From positions 1,798,001-1,862,000 of the forward strand of contig OZ037833.1 of the NCBI GenBank assembly GCA_964035575.1: DNA of 64,000 bases, read 5' to 3'. The translations under genes and the position numbers were made by a program. Under the pieces are notes generated by a model that saw only the letters and a program-made list of their open reading frames with translations, made no database searches and was not told the DNA's origin. Shown here piece after piece: positions 12,492 to 24,481 of this stretch; position 1 is the stretch's first letter, and each line of letters starts with the position of its first letter. The stretch is from Rhynchopus sp. YZ270_cl-10. Taxonomy: Eukaryota.

Positions 12492-15400
12492 TTAGGGGGA
12501 GCCGACATGCTCCGGGTGTGATGTAATGAGAAGAGGGGACTCTCCTTCGACCACTGTGCGAAGGAAAGGGCTGTCACCATCGATCGCGAGAGGAGAAGAG
12601 TCTCCAGCGACCAGCTGCAGGTTCTCTCTGACGTTCTGAAGGGTGGCCCGGCGGATGCTGCGTTCGTGCTTGCGGCCGAGGGTCTCGAGGTCAGTACGGT
12701 GCTGGTTTGCGATGTTCTCAAGACGGTTGTTCTCCTCGTTGAGTGAGTCGATCTTCTGGTTGGCCTCGTCAACAGTCTGCTTGAGCGCCTCCTTCAGCTT
12801 CTTGACCTCCTTGCCCTTGTCATCGTACTTCTCCTTGAAACGCAACGTGCCCTCCTGCATCTCATGGATGTTCTGCTCGAGGTGGTACCTGGCCTCCTCC
12901 AGAGCATCGACCTCCTGATGCTTCCTGCTCAGCTCCTCCTTCAGCACCTTGCAGTGGTGTCCCATCTTGTCCAGGTCGATGCGCGCAAAGTCGGACTGCT
13001 CCTCACACAGAACGCTCTTCTGGCGCAGTTTGTCCAGCTCCTCCTGAGCGGAGAGTGTCTGTGCCTCGCGGGCAGCCTCTGCCTCGGCAAGGCGGTCGCG
13101 CATTTCCTTGAGGGCACGCTTGTGGCCCTTCTTCTCCGCGATGTGTGCAGAGAGCTGTGAGTGGAGGTCCTTGACCTCGTCCTGCTTCTCGATGACGGCG
13201 CTTTCCATTGCGGAGATGCGGGAGCGCAGCTCTGAGGTTTCGTCGTTCGCCTTTGCGGAAAGTGTCTTGCGGAGGCGGGTGTGCTCATGCTGCACCTCCT
13301 TTGCCTGGCGCTGCACAAGGCGGAGCTCCTCCACCGCCGCACACGCACGTCCCTCACGCTCTTCCAGTGCCTCCTCCATACGCACCAACTCCCTCTGCGA
13401 GGCAGCCAGCTCCGCAGCAAGCCCCTCTGCACGCGCATGCTCGCAAGCAAGACGCCTTGTGATCTCAGCGCTTTCTGTGGTCGTGGTGAATAGGGAAGAG
13501 GAAAAGGGAACCATGGCATGTGTTGCATACCGTTGCGCACACTGGCCACCTCCTTGTACCTGCCCTCAAGCTCGGACAGCGCACGGCGCGCCTCCTCGCG
13601 GGACTCAACAAGGTGCTGGATTCTGAGGGTGGGTGGTGGTGTGGCGTTGAGGGATGTAGTGGGGGGCATACTCTGTCGTCTGCTGGTTCAGCTTCTCCTT
13701 CTCGGATTGGAGCTCGGCGGTGACGCAGGTGATCTCTGTGGAGTGGTGAGGTGAGGGATCGTTTACAGTTGTGTATTAGGACTACTTTCGATCCCCGCAC
13801 TAACGTTCTTGGTGGGGTGGGTAGGTGCTTTAGACATACTCTCCTGGAAGAGGTAGGACTCCTGACTGCGCTCTGTGCAGCGGATCTCGTGCTCGCGCAG
13901 ACGCTGCTCGCAGTTGACCATCCTGGTGGGGTTGTGTTGTGCTGAGGCATGCTAGTGGCCCAGTAGGGAAACTTAAAAAGAGAAAGAAGGACTGACATAC
14001 TTGGTCTCGCGCTCACGGAGCTGCCTCATCAGCGCAGTGACGTTGTTGTGCAGGTTGGCCGTCTCTGCGTCGTGGGTGTGCTGTGCCTCTGTGAGGCTTG
14101 CCCTGAGCTCCTCACGCTCCTCCTCCGCCTGCGTGAGGAGGTTGTCCTTCTCTGCGATGCGGCTGTTGGACTTCTGCACTGTCTCCTCGAGGAGGGCCAT
14201 CTGGTCCTTGTTCAGCTTCTCGTAGGCAAGCTCGCGCTCATGCAGGAGGCTCTCCGCAGACTCGCACTCACGCTTGCTGCCCTCAAAGGCCTGCACAGAG
14301 GCGTCCAGCTGCTGCTGCATCTCCACCAGGCGCGTCTCAGTCTCCTGGGCAGCACACTTCGCGTTCTCCTCAATCAGCTTCTCTGCCACCTCCTTCTGGT
14401 CGCGCAGCTTCTCGTTATGCAGGCGCTTTGCCTGCTCCAGCGACGTGCTGGCCTCCTCCGCACGCTTGAAGGCAGCGATCTGGTCCTCCTGCATCGTCGC
14501 CATCGCCTGCTGTGCCTTCTCCATCTGCATGGTGTGGTCGCTGCGTGCCTCGTTGAAGGCACTGAGGCACTCATCGAAGCGCTTCTGCAGGGCGCTCTTC
14601 TCCTTCTCAAGGTGCGCGAGGGCCTGTTCGTGGCGCTGTGCCTTCTCCGTGTACTCCTCGCGGGAGTGCTCGAGGGTGGCCTCGAAGTCAGCCACGCGCT
14701 GTGCGTAGACGGCAATCTCCTGCTTCAGGGCAGCGCGCTCCGTCTGGTGGGTGGCGGCGCTGTCGAGCATCTTGGCGTGCGACGTCTTCATCTCCTCCAT
14801 CGCCGACAAAGAGTCTTGCGCACGCTGCTGCAGGGCCGCACGCTCCTCCTTCAGCTCTGTCGACTCTGCAAGGGCTGCGTCCAGGCGTGTCCTGGCCTCA
14901 GCTCTCACCTGCTCCAGTGCAGTCTTGTGCTCATCTGTCGCCTGCTCCAGGGCGTGCGTCGCGTGGTCCACACGCACCTTCAGCTCCGCACGCTCCTCGG
15001 AAAGCGCGCTGGACATGCCCTGCACCTGCTTGAGCACAGCTGCCTGCTCGTCGTCACGCTTCGTGCGCTCCTCCTTCGCCGCCTCCAGAGCACGCTCCGC
15101 CCCCTCCACACGCTGCAGCAGGCAGGCACGCTCCTCCTTCAACGCCCCCATAGCCTCCTGCGTTGCGTGCTTCAGTGTCGCATGCTCGCGACGCACCTCA
15201 GCCAGCACCCCAGCGTGCTCCTTCTTCGCCTCCTCAATCGCAGCAGTCGCACTGTCGAGCTTCTGTACCAGCGCCGCCCTGTCGTCCTTGTGGTCGTTCT
15301 TCGTCTCCTCAAGCACCTTCTCCAAGGACTCTGCGCGCTGCTGCAGGATAAGGCGCTCTGCCTTGAGCGAGCAGGCTGCCTCCTGTGCCTGCTGCATCAT

Positions 15401-17293
15401 GGCCTCCTGCTGGCTGCGAGCCTGCTCGGCGTTCTCGGTGTGCTCCTTCCTCGTCTGCTCAAGCGAACGTGTCGAGTCCTCCACACGCTGCTGCAGAAGG
15501 GCGCGCTCCTGCTTCAGCCACGACAGCTCCTCCTGGGCTGCACGGGAGTTGGTCTCGGCCTGCGCCTTCGCCTTCTCCAGCAAGCCCTGCATGTTGGTGA
15601 GCTCCTGCTGTGCGCTCTGCACCTGCTCCTCGGCCTTAGCCTGCACTACCTGCATCTGCGCAGCATGCTCGTCACGCTTCTGCTGGAGCTGCTCCTTCAT
15701 AACACCCTCGGCATGCTCCTGCACCTTGGCCACCTCCGCACGCTCCCTAGCCACAATCTCTCTGTTCTCGGCAGACAGCGACTCCACCTGCTGCTGCATC
15801 TGTGCCCTCTCCTGCTTCAGGCAGTTCACGGTCTCGTGTGCCTCCTGCAGATGTCCTGCGTGGAGTACGTTCGACTGCTCAAGGTGCGCCGCGTGTTCAG
15901 CATCACGTCTGGTCATGATGTTGTGGTGCTCGACCTTGGCCTGCTCCATTCCGTGGACGGCTTCGTTGCGGAACTGCACGAGGTCGGCTTTGAGCTGTTC
16001 GTAGGATTTGCAGCCTTCGTCGAATCGCTGCTGGAGGTTGGCGCGTGCCATCTTGAGGGTGTTGATGGCTTCGAGGGAGACGATCGCTTCTTCGTCCTTT
16101 TCCCTGATTTTGTCGGAGAACTCGCGTTGGAGGCGTCTGTGTGCCTCTGCCTTTGAGCCGAGCTCTTCTTCGTAGCGTTCGAGCTCGACAGTGAACTGGT
16201 TGTTCTGCTTGTGGAGGGAGGCGTTCTCCTCCATCACAGCGTCGCCCATGCCGACCTGCTCGCGCAGCTCCCTCACGAGGTTTGCGTTGTCGTTGCTCTC
16301 CTGCTCCATGCGGCGGAAGCTGTCGCGCAGCTCTGTGACCTCCTTGCGCAGCGCACCCTCTGTCTCCTGCAGCTGCTCGCAGGCTGCCTTATGCCTAGCA
16401 GCACTCTCGGTGGCAGAGTCGATCTGGAACTGCATGTTGAACTGCAGCTGCTTCAGCTCGGCTGCGATCTGCGACTTCTCCTCTGTCATGCCGAGGTGCT
16501 CTCTGCGGGAGGCTGCGAGCTGTTCACCTTGGACGGCACGCTCGGAGGTGAGACGTTCAAACTCCTGCAGCATCTGCGTCTTCTCCTTCGAGACACGGTC
16601 CATGACCTCACGCATCTCTGCCTCGCGTGCAGAGTGCCCCTCCACCTCTGCGAGGAGCGAGGTGTGCTTGGAGGCGGATTCCTCGACTGCCATCTTCGAG
16701 TCGGAGAGCTCTGTCTGGATGCGCTTCATCTCTGCGACGGTCTTCTCGTGCATGCCGTTCGCGGACTGGAGGGAGGACTCAAGCTGTGCGGTCTGCTCCT
16801 GGAAGAGCTCGCGCTGCTGCATCTCGCTGTGCAGCTCTGTCTGCAGCCCTTCGAAGCTGGTCTGCACCTCCTTTGCCGTGTTGGAGAAGGCTTCTGCAAG
16901 CTCTGCGGTGGCGCTCTCCTTCAGCTGCTTTTGGAGCGCATCAATCTTTCCCCACAGCGCCTTAACACCGGACACAGTAGCAGCATGCACCTCGCGTGTC
17001 TGCGGGAGACCAACCTCAAGCGTGCGCTTCTCCTTGAACAGCTTCATGAAGTCTTCGTCCTTCTTGTGCAGACGCCCCCTCGTGTCCTCCAGCTCATGTT
17101 GCAGCTCAGACAGCGAGTGGTTCACACGGTTGAACCGCACCCTCAACGCCTGGTACTCAGACCGTGCAACATAATTCTCTTTGTCGTACGTTGAGCGTCG
17201 GGGGGTGATCGGCCCAATAGGCGTGCTCGGCTTCATGATGGAAGGTGCCTTGCCAGAACCTGCAGCCCTTGCAGGGGTGCACGGTGTGTCCAT
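12492..17293 (-). CDS. Large coiled-coil protein, ~1504 aa, 5 exons
   Basis: E/Q/A/L/K/R heptad-rich. Introns 13923-14000, 13736-13839, 13623-13671 and 13475-13530 (GTATGY..CAG) join the ORFs into one frame of 4515 nt. Confidence 0.88.
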
Positions 17294-18122
17294 CTCGAGT
17301 TCTGCTGTGTTACTTTTTAGTATTTTTTCTCTTTCTGATAGTGGTTGTAATAGGATGAAAGGTGGGAATAGGAGGTAAAACAGGAGAACCTTTTTTTTGG
17401 TATTCTTAGAGAAAATTTTCCGGGGGCAACAAAAGAAAAAAAAAACACGAGAGAGTGTGCACTGAGAACCAGGGAAGAAAGGGTTTCTGATTTGTATTGG
17501 GGGTTTTTTACCGTATGCTCTTTCTAACAGAGAAATTTAACAGTTTGTATTTTTTTCTCTGAAAGCGAATTCCGAGCTTTTCTCTCGATTGCAAGGTACG
17601 AGCAGTTCGAACAAAGTGCACAGAGTATGCAACCGGTTTTTCAAAACCAGTAAACCGGCATATTCAGCCCCCCCTGCTTTGTAAGTAGGGGTTGGGGGAG
17701 GGAAGGGTAGGTCTATGTGTAGCTAGGACTACTTCGTGGAAAGAGGGGGGGAAAGTGAAGTTGATAGTGTCAACACCTCAGGGACGCAGGCACTGAAAAA
17801 AAGGAAGAGAAAAACTTGGTAAGATGAACCCAAGCCTTAATAGGACCTTTCCCAAACTACCCCCCCCCCAAAAAAGTGAAGTTTTTGAAACAGTGCAAAC
17901 GCCTCTATCCTATTATCGTTTAGCTTACTATGGGATATATACCCCATATTTTTATATGTTCAGCCCCGTCGGAATCATCTGATAAAATTGGGAAAGAAAA
18001 AAAATGAAAAAAAAATGTCACAGCATCCCTCATTCACATCTCAGGAAATCTGCTGGATCGCAAAAACAAAAAAAGAAAAATCCTCAGCTGTTTTATCCTT
18101 TTTTTGGTGGTTATTCTGTATT

Positions 18123-18217
18123 GGTGTGATCGGAACCCCAAATTCCTCGTACTTCTCCTATCAGTGGGAACCAGGAATTCCTATACCCCGAATTCCCCGT
18201 CTGGTTCCGACCACACC
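18123..18217. repeat. 95-bp element with 15-bp terminal inverted repeat (MITE-like)
   Basis: GGTGTGATCGGAACC ... GGTTCCGACCACACC, 14/15 complementary. Confidence 0.5.
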
Positions 18218-19265
18218 GTGAATACTTTTTTGGGGGATGCTTAATCATGTTTTGGTGCAGAAGGAGTGCTTTGATGCCCTACCTTAACTGTACAACTGTG
18301 TTGACTCGAATAGCAAACCCTCCATTTCGATCAGAGGGCTCTCCTTTGGGAGAGTAGTAAATTAGGAATTCATTCATATAAAAAAAAATTGGAAGTCGGA
18401 AGTGCAAACGCCTCGGTGGACGCAGGCACTGGAAAAAAAAAATAGTGCACACTCATTTGTGAAAGAAACACATGGCGGAGGTTGTTGATGATTTGCAGAT
18501 AACACAAGAAACGCGTGGGGGTTTTTTTTGCTGTTGTTGTATGAATCAACTGCCAGTGGTAGGTTCTGTGGGCAGAAAAGAAAGAAGCAGTGGCGAGGGG
18601 AACTACGTTCAGCCGCCTATAAAAAGGAACCATAAACGGTTAAGAAGGTTGAAATTGCACGGTACATCAACAAAGACCGAGGTTAGTGTGATACAAAGTT
18701 TATTATTTTTTTTTTTTGCGCAAAGTCTTCACAAAAAAGTTTTGCATCGGTTTAGACCAACAAAATTGGTTATGTCTGTGCGTATTTAGAAACACAACAA
18801 CACGATCAGAAACAGAAAAAAAACGACACAAAAAAAAGGTAAACACGAGAGAAGAGTCACTGGACAGTGTGGTAATTTAGTTTTCGCCATCCGTCTTTCT
18901 TTGAAACGGACGCTTTTCCCCCCCTCCTGATGGCGACCACCATACATTTCTTCTAATGTACGCTATCAGAACGTATACAGGTATTACCTTTACCACCCCC
19001 TCTCCTTTCACCTATTCGTTGCTAATACTGGAGACGGACTTAAGAAATGAGACAAAAAAAAAGACTAGATGAATATGAGCCACGGAAACCCAACATCAAA
19101 ACTGAAAACAAAACTGAAAGGACAGAACCAAAAGCCTGAACACATACTCCTCCCCTCCCCCCCCTTTCCCCTTTGGGATAATTTAATACCCCTCCCTATG
19201 CGTGCTCAAACACGCATCTAGCAAAATATAATCCGCAAACCGTAACACTATATGGATCTCTCCCC

Positions 19266-22200
19266 CTACTCATCCAGCAATGAAGCTGCGTCGTTGAGGG
19301 GGTGAGGACGGAAGTGTTTTGCGCTGGCATCGTTTCGTTCTTTGTCGCTGCGAGAGGAGCGAGAGAGGTGGGGGCGGGTGCCGGCGGGGGGCGGGCCTGG
19401 AGGGAGCGTCGAGTCGACAGGGAGGACAGCTCCTGCGCCACGTTGACCACGCTTTCTGGTGGTGCCGCCCATGGATCCATTGCCCATAGAGTCGTTGCGT
19501 CCGTACGAACCGTTTCCAACAGTGGAGTCGCTCAGCGTCTGTGTGGAGTACCGGCTTTCCATCGGCCTCATAGCAGGTGATAGATTCGTATGTCTCTCCA
19601 AACCATCGCGCGACAGTGGGTCCGGTTTCGTGTGGAATGAGCTCGGGTCCTGTGGAGAGTGGTGGTTGAGGGGGGTAGTGGGGTAGTGGGGGGAAGGGTT
19701 TGTATACCTCGACCAAAGAGATGGCAGCGTCGCTCGGAGAGGATTTGGCCTTCCTGTCGTCGCGGCTGCTGCGGTTGCGTGGCTGGCGTTGGGAGAGGCC
19801 TGCGTTGCGCTCATTCAAGGTGACGAAGGCGGGCTGCTCTCTTGTGTCCTGTGTGGGGGTTGTTTGATGTATGGAGTGAAGCATTGTGGGGGTTAAGTCA
19901 CAACGAATTTCTGTAGGGGTAAATGCCAGAATGAAATGGAAGTTGGAAGTGGAAACGTCTGGCAGGCGGTGCAAAGGAAAGAAGGGAAGAAAGGGAGAAA
20001 GGGGGGGAAGTGTGCACATACGTCCTCGCTCTCGACCACCACAGTGGGCTCCAGGGCAGACGTGCTGCTGTTGCGCTCCGAGTCAGACCCGTGTTCCTGT
20101 GTCTCGGGGGAGAACAGCACAACGTCGTCCTCTTCGTCTTCTGACACCGCATCTGGGTCAAGGTTTTTGTGCGGCTTGACCTCATGTTTCTGTAGAGAAA
20201 GGGGGGGAGAAGTAGATAAGAGATAAAGATTAATAGAGAACTGTGAAAGGTCTTCACAGAACACAGGTGTAGGATCCTCAGCCCGCTTTGGCTAACGGGG
20301 TTGTCAGGGTGAAATTAAAATAAAAAATCTGTGGTGGTACATACATCAGCACCCGGCAGCCATCTCTTGTACATCTCAGGCAGTTTGAGGTCACGTCCGT
20401 ACACGCCGGGGTCCTCCTTGAACTCGAACTGAAGGCCTCTCAGGTTTTCGAGGCGAGTCTTTTCCTCTTTCGTCTTCCTGATGTAGTGCCACCACACGCA
20501 GATCGCAGCAATGCAGACAATGACAAGCATGACACAGACGACTGCGATGAAGGACGCCCCGAAGGCAGAGGAGTCCTCCTCTTCCTTGGTGTAGTACAGC
20601 GACTCTGATTCCAGCGGCGTGCTGCTGATAGACTCAGCGTCGTTCTTGAAGCTGAACACGATGGAGTGCTGGCTCACACTGCCACGCATGAACTTATTCC
20701 ACTGGTCGTAAACGTTTGCCGAATTTGGCAGCAGCGTTGCGGCTGCGGTGTCGCCGTTCTTCCCGATGTGCGTATCAAAGCCGTTTTGTGTGACAATCGC
20801 TTCGTACAACGTTTCTGACATGAAGGGGTGCACTGCCATCTTCTTGCCTGGGGTGCAGAACATGAGGTCCGACTGTTGCGGCAGCTCGACGGGATCCTTC
20901 CCTGTGGGGTAGATGCATTTGGAGACCCCGAGGTCGGCATCCTTGACCCAGCTGCAGTGCCCCCAGCAGGTGGCCTCTTGACGCTTAGTGCAGTCTGGGA
21001 AGCGGAAGTTCGTCCACAGCAGGCGAGACGTCTCCTTCACGGCAGTGCCGGGCTCCTTCATTGTCTTGCCGTTGGTGCCTGACGTCTCGAGGGCAGGGCA
21101 CAGACTGTCGTCTGTGTACAGCTTGCCCGGTTGCACAGTGCGCGTCACACCCCACAGAACCTGCGACACAACGTCGTCTGCGTACTGCTGCTTGAACACC
21201 GATGAACACGCCGAGTCTGGGTCGCACGCAGCCCCACCCATGCAAGACGTGCCGTACAGCATCTCATCGCACTGCTTCCCCTCGCACGTCAAGTGCATCT
21301 CAACAAACCCCATAGGGTTGTCCGTGCAAGTAGACGTACGGAAGTTCACCCCAAAATCCTTTGAAAACGTGGCCGCCGTCTCAACCCCATCATTCCGCAT
21401 CCCACGCAGCCCAGTGTACTTCGTCCCAATGGCACCCTTCTGGAACCACTGCGTCAGTGTGAACAGATCCGAGAACTGGAGCACGTGGTTGTAGTTGAAA
21501 ACGTCAAAAATATCTGAGTCCGTGCTCGTCTCGTTGTACAGCCAGCGGACAAGCGTCTTGAACCCGGCGGACTCAAGCTCGCGCACATATTTGTTGTCGT
21601 TCGTTTTGTCGACAAACTTTGCGAAGAGATGTGCCTCTGGACGGTGGATGGCCTGGTTCACTAGGAAGGTTTTGCTGTCGCCACCGAGGAAGCCCTGTGC
21701 GACGTCACGGCACACCCAGGTATCGTAGTTGAACTGCGTGAAGAAGTTGGCCAGCTCCGAGAGCTTCGGGGCGTGCAGGCGGATGTGGTACGGCGTCTGC
21801 ATGAAGAAGTGCATGACACCGTCGCACTGTGTCGACATCAGGTGTTTCTCCCCTGTGGGCGCCTGCATGTCGGGGAACTTCGCCCAGTGGTCCCTCTCCT
21901 TGAAGGGGTCCTCCCCATCCGCAGACGCAAGCCCATCCCAGTGGATAAACGGGTCGTACCGGGACCGCCACTGGTGCACAGTCTCCGAGTACAGCGCGTC
22001 GAGCAAATGCGACGATTCGACGCTGGATATGTAGCTCTGTTTGTCGCACGCAGCACCGTAGGTGAACTTCGCTGCCGCAGGGTCCGTCCTGTCCAGTGCA
22101 AAGCACGCACACGCCTTGGGGGCGTTGGCCTGCGAGTGCACAGGGACGCACTTCTGTGTTGTGTCCAGTTCGCACTGCGCGTGTTTGTCGCATTCGTTCT

Positions 22201-23620
22201 GCGCAAGCTCGCAGTACTCATCCTTCTTGTTCACGCAGATACCGGCTGTTCCACAGTTGTTGTGATCGGTGCAGGCAAGCCCCCCGATGTCTATCATGGA
22301 GCCCTGCAGCGGCACTGTGGACCCCTGCACAAGGGGCGACTCCTGCACGAAGAAGTCGGCGTGCGCAGGGAAGCGTGGATTCTGGTTTGCGTCCGTCGGG
22401 TGCACCGGTGCGAGGATGGTTGGGTTGCGCGACGCCGTCGTCGTCGTGTCACCCACGAGGTGCGAAGTGTTCGACTTGATGTGCGTCACGGAGAGTGCAC
22501 AGCCGTCCTTGTCCTCTTGGTAGCGACTCTTTGGGAACTCTGTCGACACTTCGCGCCACCGTCCAGGGAAATCGGAGACTGTGGTCTCGAAGGCAGAGGT
22601 ATGCGAAGGGAGGCAGATCTTACACACGGAGGCAGGGTCGTTTGGGTTGCACGTTGTCCCACCTAGGGACTCGGGGGAGTCGACGATGAAGGCTGCGAAC
22701 TTGGCAAGGAACTTCTTGAGGAGCTTTGCTGGGTAGAAGTCCTCGCATTCGTTGTCTTCGAACTCCTTGCCGTAGAGGTAGACGTTGTCTTTGAACCAGT
22801 CGTAGAAGTCTTTTTCGAGGTATTTTGGTTTAGAGTTCTTGACCTTCGGGTCCTTCCAGTTGAAGGGGTCCGCACAGACCAGATGGTCCTTCGCGTTGCA
22901 GTGGAAGTCAGACTCACAGGGTTTGAAGATGTTGCAACCGTACCCCGAACAGCCTATGGAAAGCTTGAAGAAGTCACGATGGTTTTCACAACGCTTTGCG
23001 ACCACTTGGATGTCAGCACCGATCTCCATGAACTCATGCACAAAGGAGCACTTGGGATCACGCTTCGACTCTGACAAGGAAAGGGGGTCCTTCTTTTGAC
23101 TCCATGCGTCGTGCTTGCAGCTGGTCGGCATCTCGAAGGACGACCCCCCAGCAAGCGCACGAAACAGCTTTGGAAGGTCTCTGGTAAACGACCCTGGAGA
23201 GTCCAGACAGTCGTAATTGGGGATGTCGTTGATGGAGTAGACTCTATTACCATAGAGCGCGCCGGAGAGGGGGTGGTAGCGGGATTGGAAGTCGTCTTCG
23301 GTGACGGTGATGCCGGCACACTGTCCTTCAACGTATTTGAACATGCTTTCGTATCCAGCTTGCATCATTCTTGGCAGCATTGGGATGTCGAGATTAACAT
23401 TGAACAACGGATTGTCCGGCAGGATCCGCACCCTCCCATCACAGTCCCATGTCAACAGTGTTTGCAGATGCGAAGTAGGAGGTGGGGTCGGACAATCCTC
23501 CGTCCCCGACCCACTCCCACTCCCACCACACGCCGCAGACGCCTCTGTCGTATCCCCACCCTCCACACAGCAGTACCCGCTCACCCACACCACCACTAAT
23601 GTCTTGAGAAAACGCTCCAT
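19266..23620 (-). CDS. Cys-rich type I transmembrane protein, ~1322 aa, 4 exons
   Basis: Signal-like N-terminus, ~1020-aa Cys-rich ectodomain, TM helix FIAVVCVMLVIVCIAAICVWW. Phase-0 introns 20190-20344, 19849-20021 and 19650-19707 give a continuous low-complexity cytoplasmic tail. Confidence 0.85.
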
Positions 23621-24481
23621 TAAAACAGAAAAAAAAAAAATTCAACTCACGATGATAAGAGCGCCTCGGAGATAAAAACCCGCACGCTATCAATAGGAAG
23701 CCACCCTCTTTTTTTTGTGGTGTGCTCCACCCCCTCCCCCCTCGAGCTCTAGTGTAGTGTGTTCTGTTGGGGTGGGTGTAAAGGGGGGGAGAGAAGAAGG
23801 GGTATTTGAGTGTGAAAAACACCCCTAAATTCAAAAATTTTGGCTTTTGAAAATACAAAGCCTTCCATTGTACACCATGTGCCTGACTAGAAAAGGGGGA
23901 CGGTAGAACCGAAATCATGCTCTCCCCAAACCCATTTTCCAGGTCAACATCTGATATTCCCTCCCCTCCTCAGATGAGGGGATCATTAGAGTGACAGGGT
24001 AATTAGGACTGTGTCAAAACTGGAGGTGCCGTAAGGGGGAAGAAAAGAGGGAAAAAAATGTGTGCTTTTTTTTTGTAAAATACAGTTGTTACTTGGAACA
24101 GGTCCACCCCAAAAAAAAACAACAAAACAAAGAAAGAAACTTGAAAGATGAATGTGCCTCAGTGCATTTAAGACACCCAAGACTTATTCGCCCCTGTAAT
24201 TGTGTTATATTTCTTCTTTTTTTTTCTTCTGACACGACTACAGATTTTTTCATTTCATTCCCAAAAACTCTTTTTCCAGAATCGCTTTGCGTTCGCATGG
24301 TGCTAGCAGAGTAGAGGGCGAAACAACACTAGGGAATTGACCCCACACACAACATCCTCATTCTTTCAATGCCCCCTATAACACGAGATACAATTTGGGG
24401 AGGGGGGGTAGGGGGATTGTACAATTTTTAGCCCGCAAAGGGCGTTTGAAGGGACTCATATTTGAAAAAAAGCATCATTTT

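Noticed and set aside
14048..17194. Long + strand ORFs (702, 417, 327 aa)
   Set aside because: Antisense shadows of a GC3-rich coiled-coil gene. The same applies to + ORFs over the other genes.
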